Origin: Balanoglossus misakiensis
Taxonomy: Eukaryota; Animalia; Hemichordata
NCBI GenBank assembly: GCA_040954595.2
Contig: CM082579.2
Coordinates: forward strand, 8,731,625 to 8,795,624
Reading direction: 5' to 3'
Length of the DNA: 64,000 nt
Shown here in pieces: positions 1 through 12,438 of the stretch. Position 1 is the stretch's first letter. Every line of letters begins with the position of its first letter. The notes under the pieces were generated by a model. It was not told where the DNA came from. It saw only the letters and a list, made by a program, of their open reading frames with translations, and did not search any database. Position numbers and translations under genes: made by a program.

Positions 1-3000
1 TTGCTGTGTCAATCAGGGTGAAAACTGACACTTCAAGTAGCTAATGCCATGGCTTTAATAACCCATGCCTGTCACCATCATTCAGTGGCCTGACTTGTCC
101 GACCTTGACATAGAGGAGCTAAAGTAGGGCAAGTCAGAAGTTCAAACGTTCGCAAGCACTATACATCCTGCTTTAGTATCCTAGTTTCCTTTCTGTGGGT
201 AATATTTTGTTTCCTAAAATGATTTGACAATGATACCTATTTGTGTATATTATGTATATAGGTCTACTTGGGAGTAGTGTTGTTCTCTGAATACTGTAGT
301 GTGAGGCAGTCATGTTGTAGCGATAAAAACAAAAAATACGGATCAACTCATAAAAAGAAGTAATACTATGTGTTTTTCCATGTTCATGTCTTTCCCCCAT
401 GGTTTTATTTTTACCTGTTGGCAACCTTTGAAATCTAATAAATTGATAATGATCATTTCTTGAGAAACATCAATATCAAGAATACGAATACTAGAAATAC
501 CTGATTTCTACAAAAAATTGATTATTAAAAAAAAGATAAAAGAGTAGAGATGTTTGAGTGAAGTATACTGCAGGGATCATGTCATATGTGCGATTCACAG
601 GAAAAGAAGCAGAAATTTGCCAACTGTGATAAATCATGTCCGTTTGCCCGCTGGTGGTTTCTATGTATAATTGAAATTTCATTTGAGGAATTGATACGGG
701 CATATCTCTCTGGAGGAGAGATAAAGCATTATTTGCTGAGGAGAAAAAAAGACTGAAAAGTCTCAGGGAGATACTGTCACATTTTGGGATTGTGGATTTC
801 CATTAATGCTGTGTCAGAACAGTTCATCAATCTTCAGTGTGCTACACGGACAACCAACGTTGTAGCCGAAAAAAACAACAACAACTCTGGGACATCTGAA
901 TGCAAAACCTCCCATTTTCTTGGGGTTGACTCATCCGTCTGCTCTGAGAAGAAATGAATCTTGCGGGTTAGCAAGTGCTTTTTTATTCGTGTGCATATTG
1001 TATGACAAAAAGCAAGTATGATTTATGAAGGTAGTTTTGTGATGATCAAGTGATCCCTGAAGATGGCTTTGATGAAATGGTTTTCCTTGTTGTGGGGGGA
1101 AAAACCAGCAAGTGACAATTTAACACTTGAATTTGTAATTTTTGTCATGTTTGTGCATTTGTGGTATGATTTGTAGACTAGGTTAGTGATGATGCTGATT
1201 CCGATTGGCGTTTATATATGCACATTTCATAGCTAAGCCAAAATAGTGCATAGTATATCAGCTTGATAAGAAATGTCACAACAATTACATATTTGTGTTA
1301 AGTGTTATTTAGGATATGTTTTCACATGACTATAAAACTCAGTCTTCATACTGAGAGCCAGGTTGTTGGAACACATTTACTCAGATTGATTTCAACTTAG
1401 GTTATTACATGATGCTAGGAGTTTCATGGAAGATCTACTCTAGGGTTTCTATTGGCAGTTTTTGCCAATTCCGGGAAAACCTTAATGTCCATTTATGGGT
1501 CATCAGTCTGTCTGGCTTGCGTACCTGTAGACGTTCTGTATCTTGTTTCGGCCAGTTTGCAGGAATCCAATCCAGTTCAGATGAATAGGACAGGGGACGT
1601 ATGCAATAGCGAGACTTTGTCTGAGGGCTAATTGCCCAGTAAAAATCTATTATGCATGGTTGTAGACAGATAATGAACTAGAAACAGTTACAAAAGAGCT
1701 CTTAGATCGCCTTAACCCAGTTTCAATAACACTCGCCCTTCCATGGACGATTAATGGTGCATGTCTGTTGAAGGAATATTAGCTGTAACTTTTGATGACC
1801 ATTTTTTTCCACTGATGACACTTCTGTGTTCTACTCTGTGAAGCATGTTAGAAAAATATTACCATACATGCCAAACATTCATGGGTCGTATAATATGCAA
1901 ATTTAGTCAGTGAAAAGCAAGCAAATCACACATTTTCAGGGGGGGGGGGGGGGGGCTGCCACAAAAAAGTGTGCCACCACATGGCATGATTTAAATTGAA
2001 GATGATTGTATCCTTCCATGATATTACACATAACACTGACTGCTGCTGTACAGACAAAGAAGTGTGGTAACAAATTTTACTCTTCAAGAATGTATTAGAT
2101 ATGAGTTCATAATAAAGTTAATGTACCTTGAGATTAGAGGGCGAAAGTTTCCAGTAAAAATCATCAAACCGCGCTTCACTTGTGTGATTCTATTTCCATA
2201 AAAACATTTCAATGACCTACCATGTATATCTGATTTAATTAAAGCGCTGCACTTTTGCTGTACATGGTTGCGTCAGGCAGTCATACTAAAGGTGGGCGAT
2301 AAAACGTTCTTTGTGAATAAAACCGCTGCAAAAAACAAGCATTTTATCGCTTTTCATTATCCAGCTCTCGTTTCCTCGACATTATAACACTGCTGTGACG
2401 GGAGCATCTATTTCATTTTTTTTCACGTCTGTTTAAGCGGAACATCTCACGCCAAAGTCAGAAGGAAAAATTTACACTGGTGGGGGTTTTTACGATTTGA
2501 GACGGGTGTCATTATAAAGAACTGCTGGTGCTCTATCTAATTTGATGGCAAAATCCCGGTGTTACAATCAATTTTCATTTCCATATAGTGTATGGAGGTC
2601 ATTCAGCACGGAAGAGCCATCTACCAGCATTTCTGTCTTTTCCCCCCGAAAATACCTGCGCAACCTTCATTTCAGGGTGCAGAACGATACGATCGAACGT
2701 TTCAGACAGTCTGTGTTCAGTTTATGTGGTCGGAACGCGTGGCTTCTTTTGCCCTCCGGCTAGAAATCGCACGGCCATTGTTCAAATTCAGATAACAATT
2801 TGGTTAATGGATTTTTTCAAGAAAGACAGGAAAGGCGATACAAACAGAAGCCGCTAGATGTATAAATAATAGAACGGGGCGACACTGGCGCATTTCAATA
2901 AAAGGAAAACAGTATCTGGTGAACTTTTGTGCGAGACATCCATTTATTCCTTCAAGTGTCAATATTTTGGATATTGAGAAAGTATTCCATGATGATATAT

Positions 3001-4496
3001 ATTGGTTTGTTTTTGTACATACTGCAGAAAATGGTCAACATTTTTTTCCTTATATAAGGCATTTGCAGTATAAATAATTTCCGATAACGGTATTTTAGAT
3101 CAGTATTTAAGAATTGTCATAAAAGTGTTGCAAAATTTTCTGAAAGGGGAATCATAACATGCATCATAGCTATAATCATGATGACCCTGCACACTTCGTA
3201 GTTGTCTGTCGTGTAAATATTGATATGGGCACGTTGGTTATTTTTCTACACTTACCGAAGGAAAATACATAAGAACATAAGAACTGTAAATCCTCTGAGG
3301 TATACAGAGGAACTCCTCAAGGGATTGGCGTTGATAATTCACTTGCGGAGTTTTGCTCAAATCTTCAGACAGTGTGTGTGAAAGGAGAGGAGATTTCCTG
3401 CTCTTGTTGCTTTTGCTGCCAAAGGATTTGTTTAATTCTGAATCAGACGCGCTAAAACTGCTTGGACATAGCGAAGGCCTTTCACAACCATTTCAAATTA
3501 ATTCTCCCTGCATCCACGGGTCCAGTACCACAAAACAAGGTGTTAGCCAGTAGAAGAGGCTGGCTTTTAGGTTGCTCAGATGGCCTTGAGATGCTCCGCA
3601 GTTCTTAAGCATAGGGGGAAAAAATAAATCCAACGAGATAGAATATAATTGTGGAAATCCGTATGCCGGAAAGCCCCTGAAAAGTCCAAAGGTTTCTCAG
3701 ATTTGCAGACAAAAAACAAGCCTTTGATGGATGGCCTGCAGGTCGGCGACAGGTAGAAGTCCCTGAAGGCCAATTACAAACTTAAAAGACACGCTGTTGC
3801 ACATACTCGCCGTACAATTTAAAGGTTTTCACAACATTTGAGGGATTACATTTTAAGCTTCCGCCCACAATACCACGTACAATCATTGCTCATAACAGCG
3901 TAGATTCCTCAGCCTTCCAATACTTGACACTGTGTCTCCAGTTTCACAGTCTTTATCCAGCAGCGGATAACGCAATCTTTAGAAAGTCGGTGGATCCCCC
4001 TAGATTGATACCTAACTCCCTGGAATGGGAGCCTAATTGCAGTTGACTCTGTTGATTGCACGTGCGTGTTATCGTGTCGACTGCCGAACTGTACCCGTAA
4101 GTGACAGTTAAAAATAGCAGCGTGCCATATGTTTGTCAGTTTAGTTCAATCCGTGATAAAGTTTGCTGAAATTCTGCATAATTGTGAAGGTCAAATTGCA
4201 TCCGGTGGGTCATACACCCAGTGACTCGGGGGCAGTTTGCTTGGATTCTTTGTTGATTTGTGGACAAATGGCACATTAATTAGAAGGCCATAGTGGGTTC
4301 TACTTTGTATGTTTAACATTAAAGGGCATGCCACTTTGAAGATAGACAGATATGCCAAACAAAACATTTTCATATGGTTGTAATCTGATGACACACATAG
4401 AAGGAAACTCTCTCATTGTAGATGACGGAGAGATATCCAAACTCTCAGTTCTCTAAAACTGTATAGAATGTTATCGCTTTGAGACTGTGCAATCAT

Positions 4497-4591
4497 TTAA
4501 CCCTTTCACCCCCAGTTCCCTGTTTTAGAGGTCCAACCCTACCATAGAAAACAATGGGTTTGGACTGAACCACGGCGGCAAAAGGGGTTAA
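4497..4591. mobile_element. Short piggyBac-like MITE relic (~87 bp) flanked by TTAA
   Basis: TTAA-CCCTTTCACC...GGCAAAAGGGG-TTAA: TTAA on both sides and imperfect CCCTTT/AAAGGG terminal inverted repeats. Confidence 0.55.
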
Positions 4592-5767
4592 ATCTCCTGA
4601 AAATTCCTCCCGCCCTTGTGCACTAAGGTTTTTCCAGGTACGGCGTGAAATTAATCTTCCCAGGTTGTTCTCTGTTGCTTCAATTATGGAAGTGCAAACA
4701 GCGACATGATTGAATGTGACACCTGACAAGATACGGTGTCGTTTCAGTTTTTATGCCTAATGGCAATCACCCACCCATCCATAATACCTTACTCTCTCTT
4801 CCCGGCCATTCCCTTCTGTCCTCCGAATGATGTGTTTGCAGATTACATCAGATCCACCCGACTCCTCTAACTAGGATCTGTGTTTATTCGGAGCAGATAA
4901 TTACATCAATATTTCAAAGTTCCTGCCTATAGAAATAAACTGTGATCGTATTATAGTAGTCAATCAATGATCTTCATCCTGTAAAGGGAAAAAAAAATAT
5001 TGAAGTTTTAACATTCTGTAAAGTGATCGAAGGCAATGTGACAGGTTTAGCCCGGTCCTATCCGCTCCTAACTTCAATACGTGCGTCTGTGTGTGTGTGT
5101 GCGAGTGTGTTTGACCCACTAATGCAGTTATTATGAAATACAAAGCAGGGTGATGAATCCGGTCTGCGGTTCAACAAAACACATTTATTCTCGGTGCGTC
5201 GTGAATCTCAATGACTGTACGGCACAAACGAGTGTCGCATTCATTCATCAACTGAATTACCTGAGCTGCGAACATTTTCACACTCCATGGGTGGGATTTA
5301 TTTTGTGTGCGTGTGCGTGTGTATGTATGTATTGTTAAAGCCCCCAGAGCTACCACTTTTTGCATTATTTTCATGATTTTACTTTCCAACTTAGATTGGT
5401 CCAGCTAAAGTTAGCATACTGATTGGTACACATGAACATCTGATTGTGTCTGTATTGTTCAATTTGAACAAGTGATATTAAATGGTTGCTTCACCCATTT
5501 AATCGGTCTCCTTGCAAAAAGTACATAACTATTGTGGTATGTGTCGGCAAGAGATGACAAACTGATGCAAATACAAGTAATATGGCTTAATGGTGATGAT
5601 TATAAAGCATAAGAAGATTTGGAGCATTTTATTGTGGAAAAAAAATATATGGAATTTGGCAGCTCATAGGGCTTTAAGAATGCTCTTCTTGTTGCAGTTC
5701 AGTACACCAAAACACTCATCCTATTGCGTCTTTAATTTTTTTCCAACTTGTTTTTATCTGTTCACAG

Positions 5768-5860
5768 GAGATGACACAGACCATTGATCCTCTGCTTACC
5801 GCAATACAGACTCCAAACAAAGGAGGGGAACTTTCCAAGTTTCCTTTTTCAACGACACCG
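5768..5860 (+). CDS. AFF4: Internal coding exon (93 bp, phase 0-0) of an AF4/FMR2 family (AFF/lilliputian-like) gene; ALF/ELL-binding motif
   Basis: Acceptor ttttatctgttcacAG, donor GTGAGT at 5861. Encodes EMTQTIDPLLTAIQTPNKGGELSKFPFSTTP, matching the vertebrate AFF motif EMTHSWPPPLTAIHTP...SKFPFPTK (recalled). The symbol is a family-level label; the paralogue cannot be assigned. Confidence 0.88.
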
Positions 5861-7292
5861 GTGAGTACATATAAGCAAGAGAGAGGTCGCCATGGCAACA
5901 AGTAGTATTATAACCCTATCATATGAAATTTGATCCAATATCTTCAGGACTTTATCGTTCGATGATGAAGCATTTCCTACTTATGTTGAAAGATTAATTT
6001 CAGATGATCTGTAATCGCATTGCTGCTTTCCGGGGGGAAAATTTCCGGAAAAATTGTATTTTCGCCTTGATGTGAAAGCCAGTTTCGCTCCTTTGTTTAT
6101 GCGCATGTCGTCGCAATTTCACATTGCCTTCTGTGAATTATAGTTGGAAATTTATTTTATCTCGTGTACTTTGTCAAGAATTGATCAACTGTTGACACAG
6201 ATGTAATGATTCGTGACATATATATATATTAAAATGCTTGCGGAATAATTTTTTGTAATCATCGGGGACTTGGTGTAAGAGTTGTTCAGTTTCTACCCCA
6301 AGTCACGTAATTGTCTTCCATTGAATTATGCCTTTATCATTAAGGCTTTTATTACATCAATCGAATGCTCCTGATTAACTGGTTTTATAAAATGCATTCC
6401 TACTTGAATGATTAATTATAGTTTGGTGATGGTTTTCGTAAAATGCTGTGCTTTCCATCAGCTGTGATAATGCTTTTATGATGAACATGTTACAAATTTG
6501 ACCGGCATTCAAGTTAAGCAAAGCCTTTCCCCCTTTACTTGGCAACACCATGTCTCCTTTGTCGCAAAATGGACTCCGCCAAAGTGAGGAATCATTCTGA
6601 TTCCGCTCCTGTGTCAATTTTTTTTTACATAATTTATTCTGCTTTCGGCCACCGTGCACGTGCAGAGGGGGTGGTGGGCTCGCACCACCGAGGGTCCGTG
6701 TGAGATCTTTGTCGAAATGAAGTCATAGGTTCCACAGTGTTGACACCATGCGATATCAGCCAGATCGTTGCATCTGATCATGTGAACATGAATGAAGATC
6801 AGAAACAATGACAGCCTGAATGCTTTGACTCGAGCATTTGTCCCCTCAGAGGCTGGAGCTGCCCACCCCCCGCTCAATGAATGGCATGCCCTACTGGGTA
6901 TTTGATATTGACAGCTTAGTAAATGGCATGAATTTTACAGTACATATGGGCATGTTCCTTCCCCCCACAGGGTTAATTGTCTTGGATATTATATGCTAGC
7001 AATGCATGCCAAAGAGCTGAGGACGTCAAAATTTGGAATATAATCAATTTGATTGTCAATGTCGGGCTGCCGATAATCCTCTGATGCGCGCGTAACGGAG
7101 GAAAGGGCTTTTTGTGCTGCAGTTTTTAGGAGAGACTGAACAATTCGACGTCTTCATCCTCGATGAGGACAGGTTAAAAACAATATTAATTTGTGCTGAT
7201 AGTAACTGGGGGAAAGGAGGATATATTCTGTAATTTATGTGGATTCAGTTGCTGTATATCGTTGGTGACTTGTGATGTTGTATTCTCTGCAG

Positions 7293-7329
7293 GGGAAGCA
7301 GTCGCATGTGTTCCGTTTATTCACTCATG
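7293..7329 (+). CDS. AFF4: AFF-family micro-exon (37 bp, phase 0-1), GKQSHVFRLFTH
   Basis: Acceptor tattctctgcAG, donor ATG|GTAAGT; open in frame with the previous exon and phase-compatible with the next. Confidence 0.75.
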
Positions 7330-7471
7330 GTAAGTGGTTTATTTTTCTCTCTCTCTCTTCTGTGTGTCTACAACCATGTGTTATTTCTGTACACTGATCA
7401 GTTCCAAAATCAAGTGTTTGTGTTTAATAGGGTTTTAATCGATTGTAGTGTGTACATGTCTGTGCGCACGT

Positions 7472-7548
7472 GTTGTGTGTGTGTGTGTGTATGTATGTAT
7501 GTGTGCGTGCGTGTGTGTGTATGTGTGTGTGTGCGTGCATGTATGTGT
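7472..7548. repeat. Imperfect (TG)n microsatellite
   Basis: tgtg/tgcg/tatg run seen directly. Confidence 0.9.
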
Positions 7549-10500
7549 ATACTATATACGTCATGTGACATCATGTTAGTGACAACTTCACAAGCATGGT
7601 TATGTTGAGGGGGCAAACTGTGGCCGTGACTTCACTTGCTGTTACACACTGCGTGTCACAGTCATTGCACAAGAGAACAAGCCAGCTGAAGTCGATTGAC
7701 ACAGAAGCAGACAAGCCAGCCCTCAACATAACCAATCAAATTGACATGCATCTCTCGTTGATAGTACTGTATAATCCAAACAGTGTAACCTCCTATTAGA
7801 GAATTGAAAGCAAAGTTGATGACCCCGCTACCAAGGGTAGAATATAATGTTGATGTGATTTTATAATATCATGCTCATCTTTATGGATGGAAAAATCCAG
7901 CTTGATAACCACAAAACTGAAAATTTATTTTTTTAATGTGTGTTTATTTTCTGCCAGCCTATTGCAGTTCATGTAATTAGCCTAATATGAAGTTATGATC
8001 AATTAGGAAAGCATTAACTAATATACTGTTTTGAGCTTTTGTTAAGGGTCGGTTAAATATAGTAAGTACATATGGGTTTCTGTACGTTTGCACTGAGTGA
8101 AAAATGTTAAGAGCAAGACATAGCGGGGGGAGACACGCACTCATGGATGGTGGAGCATTAATGATGTATAATTTTTTCATAATCACCAGAAACGTTTTAC
8201 TGAAGCAGCGCTAAACAAATTGGCGGTGAATCCGCGCATTGACAAATATCGTGCGATGGTTTTGTCCTTGCCAAGGAGCGTTTAAATTCTCACCAAAGGA
8301 AGAGAGGCATTAGCTTTTGGCTTCATTATTCAGGAAGCATTTGTATGCAGATCACAGCTTTAGTTGTCATTTAGTTATACCCATTTCCATTTAAATAAAT
8401 GGGGCAGTGCATTCGGTGGTGTGGGTGGTGGCAGGCTGGATATGGAGGGGCTGGTGGCATCAGTATCATCATAATCATCATGATTGTGTCTTATTTGAGA
8501 AAAAAATAATGTGAGGGATTAGGGTATATAAATTCATAGCCCCTAATAAAAAAATCATCTTCCGATTGTGAGAAGGCTTGTGGAAGTGGTTGTAGGTGCA
8601 GTAAAATGATTTGAACAGAAGGATGATCTAACCAATTTCCTGATTCTATCTGCTTTTATAGTGAGAGATACATTTCCACTTACAAGTGTAGTTGTTATTC
8701 TTAAAAAAAAACTACTGCGACAACGATTTGATCTGATCGTCAGCAGGGTTGATTCACGACTAAAAACGAACAGTATCTAAATATGATTCATCAAATCTTA
8801 TCAATAAATCACATGATGTGTCATATGCTGTCACACAATCCCACGTATCAATCACATTATCAAATCGCACACAGATCAGATATCAAATCCTGTGGTATTC
8901 TCTCTGTGTGTGCGTATCCTATTGTAATCTAAACACTAGTAGTAGCTAAATTAACTGTAAGAATATCGGATGAAATTTCATATCACAAACTGGAAGGATA
9001 TTTGTGCAAGCATTAATCTGTAGATAAAGAGCTTCTCAAGGGATAGTTGCTCAGAAAGACCCTCTAAGGCCGAGATTTAAATCTTGTTAGTTTTCTTCTG
9101 TATCACAGTTTTTATGTGTGACAGTCTCATAGCAGATGAAGTGATCAAAATTGTAGTGCCACTTACAGTGTTGCTCACTCAGAAAAGATGTCATTTTCCT
9201 TTCTAGTACTTAGTACAGATAACTTGTGTTAGAGGCCACCTCTATATAACTGGAGAGCTGATTCCTACTGAGAAATTGACCAGAAAAAAAGTGGGTCGAG
9301 AAGTCATTTTAGACAGAACTCGAGGGATATAAAACTTATTTATCGGCCCACACAGTGTGACTAGAGAAATTAACTTTTTTGTGTGACTTAAAGGTTAAAC
9401 TGTGATTGAGTTTTAGCTTAAAGTTTGTTGAGTGTCTAGAGTTGAGGGGGAGGGGGATTTTTAAGTGAATGAGAATGAACTTTCTACCGGGGCGTGGGGA
9501 GTATGTAACTTGGCTGTTGCAACACGTTCAAGAAACTGCAATGACTTGGGCTTGAACATGAAATAACAGCAAGCCTATAAGAAGTAACAGCAGGAGTCTG
9601 AGACCATCCGTCACATTTCTGCCAGTGAGCCTGTTATTTCAAATCCCATCATCCCCATCCAACCTAATCAACTTGGATCGGTTCAGAAATCATTTCCCGA
9701 GCTATTACGTTGATTGTCAAATGATTTAAGTGGGGGATCTTCAGTGAAACGCCCCATAGGTGGTTTGAATGTATTTTAACTCTGATTGATTGAATAAATT
9801 CACCATGATAGATTGTTTCATCCATTCCGTCCCATTCCTTTCTTACTGCCTTGAAGCATTCCCCCCCCCCCCCCCTCCATAATGCAACCTGTAGTACAAA
9901 GATAATCATCGCAATGGGATTTGTTTGTGTGATTTTTGTGCAGCCAGACTTTGCCTGTATTATCTTTAATGTGATAAAATCACATTATTTATCACAGGAC
10001 TAAGAGTTTCCAAACTGCTTTCCTCCTCTACTTGCCATAAACATGACATATTTTTACGAGAATCCCATACAAAGCCTCGAACTAATATCACTGATCAGTG
10101 CCTGATACCCGGCACTCACAATAACAGTTGTGTCACATCCAGACTGAGCTAATCCCCGACAATGCAGGAGTTGTCTTGTCAGATGATATTGGCTTTAATC
10201 TAATCCCACCGTGAGGCTTGACCTTACGACCCCAGCCGCTGTGTATGGGAGGGATGAGTTGGGGCCATCATCCAGACAACAGGGTACATGTTGCAAATCA
10301 GACTTGATGGTCTTGATAACAGTGGCGATAATCCGAACTCCTCTGGGAGAGATTTATTTGTTAGCTGGATTGCCATGGTGATTTAGGTTTCGATTGTGTC
10401 CTGGTACATCGCTTTCCTCTCTTCTCCAATGAGTAGTTGTTTTGATTTCATACTCTGAAATCCACGAGACATAGAGCCCTTAAAAAGTAAAAATAAAAAC

Positions 10501-12383
10501 AATTTTTTTCATTTTTATATTTAAAAAAATTATTTTGTTCGTAACTTTAAATTTGAAAAGAATTTTGAACTGGCGGTTTTTGTAGTCGGAGAAACCAATC
10601 ACTCTGGCACGTACTCCCTGTGCAACCAGACTGAATTTGTAAATTTACCACTCCTGATGTGTATAGTCATAATTCCTAGAGTATAAAATGAAAAGACAGT
10701 GCTGTTGTTAGAGCAGAGACCAGTGCCTGCTTAAATGTCAGTTTATAGTTTATTAATAGCACCAAACATGTTTTAGACTTGATAAAATATGGCAATTATA
10801 AAAAAACCCACCAACGCCCAGCTCTGGATACACCGATGCACATCTTTCCTGATACATCGCCGCCTCGCTTAGCTTGTATTATCATCGGTAGTAAAGTAAT
10901 GAAGAGCTTTCAGGGGGGAGCATAGCTCCGAATGCCCTCCGGGGGGCTAACATCTCTCTGTGCAAGCGCCACGTAGATAGTAATTACAGAAATGCATTTT
11001 CATCTCTCTCAGTGTAGCGACTGGGTTGAAACCCCCTCGGGTGTGCAGTTTACACACACTGTGTATCTGATTGGGGGAGATGTATATTTTCAGAAAAAGC
11101 AGCTTATTTCGGAAACAGCAGTCAGCTTTTACCGATTCCTCCATTTTAATATGAAAACAGAGAGAAAAGTGGAGAAAAAAGCTATTTGTGTGTCTAATTG
11201 ATCATACAGAGGCAATAAAAAAGCGTCGGGGAAGATATGCAGACAATGATTTATGGTATCATATATACGTGATAGGTACAAGTACTGTCTAGAGGTCGCG
11301 AGCTTGATAGAAACGAATTTACAAACATGCAAACATGTTCGAACACGATAATGTATCACTAATAATACACCACACACATATTAAATGATTTAGTTGCCAT
11401 CATGGTGGTGCATGTATGCTGACATACATGTACAGTGGGAACTGTAATGACCGTCAGGTGAGATCAAATGACGTTACAATAATATTTGATTGAAATATTA
11501 GCCAGGAAGGGAGGGATGGATGGATATATGTATATATGTGTGTGTTGATTAATGTACAGTTATTGACAACAAGTCTTACAATACAGTACTGTCTACAGTA
11601 CAGTATATCGCAATTAATCCATTTAAAATACTAGAGTTTTTAACATTGCAGTTTAGCAATTAGATTTTCGAAAGGAAAACATATATGGTCAAATTTACAT
11701 TGTCACTAGAGCCCAGACAGTGGGGGAAATCAGCATAACCACTTGAGTATCCTTATCGCAGGTGTGGAAAAAAAAAACACCAAAGCACTTTTGATCTCAT
11801 TTTGGTGTGTAATGTGTAACTGAAGGATCTCTGTAAGTAGCTCCGGTCACCTCAAATGGCCTGAAGAGGGGTTGTGACAGTTGCTAGCGTAATTGTAGAT
11901 GATGGGAGATACCGGGGTCAGGTTTTGTATTAGCTGGGAAGTGTCGCAGTCTATACAAACAGGGGCAGGCAAGGCAAATGAGTTGTGAACAAATGTATCA
12001 AAGATGTAGAATGAAAGATTGGCTTGCATACATTGCAAGTGCAGGACATGACAGAGAGGGTCAGATTGCAATTTGAGCTCCGCTCCAAAATGATGCTCAA
12101 CTGATTATCAGGTTTTGTGAAATTTGTATTTGTCAATATAACAATAAGCTGTCATGTGTATGTTTGTACTTCTTTTGGAGAAGGTGTGGGTATATGTTTT
12201 TGTGGATGTTTAAAGTGAAAGTAATGAGTGGCTTGAGTTTCATTCTGTCTATCATGTTCCTAATGGTGACATGTGATATATATGTTTGAATGATTGGTAA
12301 AGAGATATATGAAGGGTTCATACATAGTGTGGCCAAGATTAGTGCCTGATTTCTGAATACATTCTTTCTGTCTTCCTTTGCAG

Positions 12384-12438
12384 AAAAGACAACTGACCCC
12401 AGTGCAGTGAAGGCCAACAAGATGGGCCAAGCAGCCGA
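12384..12438 (+). CDS. AFF4: AFF-family small exon (55 bp, phase 1-2), (E)KTTDPSAVKANKMGQAA(D)
   Basis: Strong polypyrimidine acceptor ttctttctgtcttcctttgcAG, donor GTGAGT at 12439; bridges phase 1 to phase 2 without a stop. Confidence 0.78.

Noticed and set aside
2100-2940. CpG-rich stretch as a DNA-transposon remnant
   Set aside because: I could not define TIRs, a TSD or transposase similarity by eye.
3252-3495. Stop-free minus-strand frame (...SASDSELNKSFGSKSNKSRKSPLL...) ending at a GTAAGT donor-like site
   Set aside because: No convincing acceptor or start, no homology and no partner exon; compatible with chance.
9095-9125. tatcacag and other miRNA seed-like matches as microRNA genes
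   Set aside because: Matches are limited to the seed; no full mature sequence or precursor hairpin was found.
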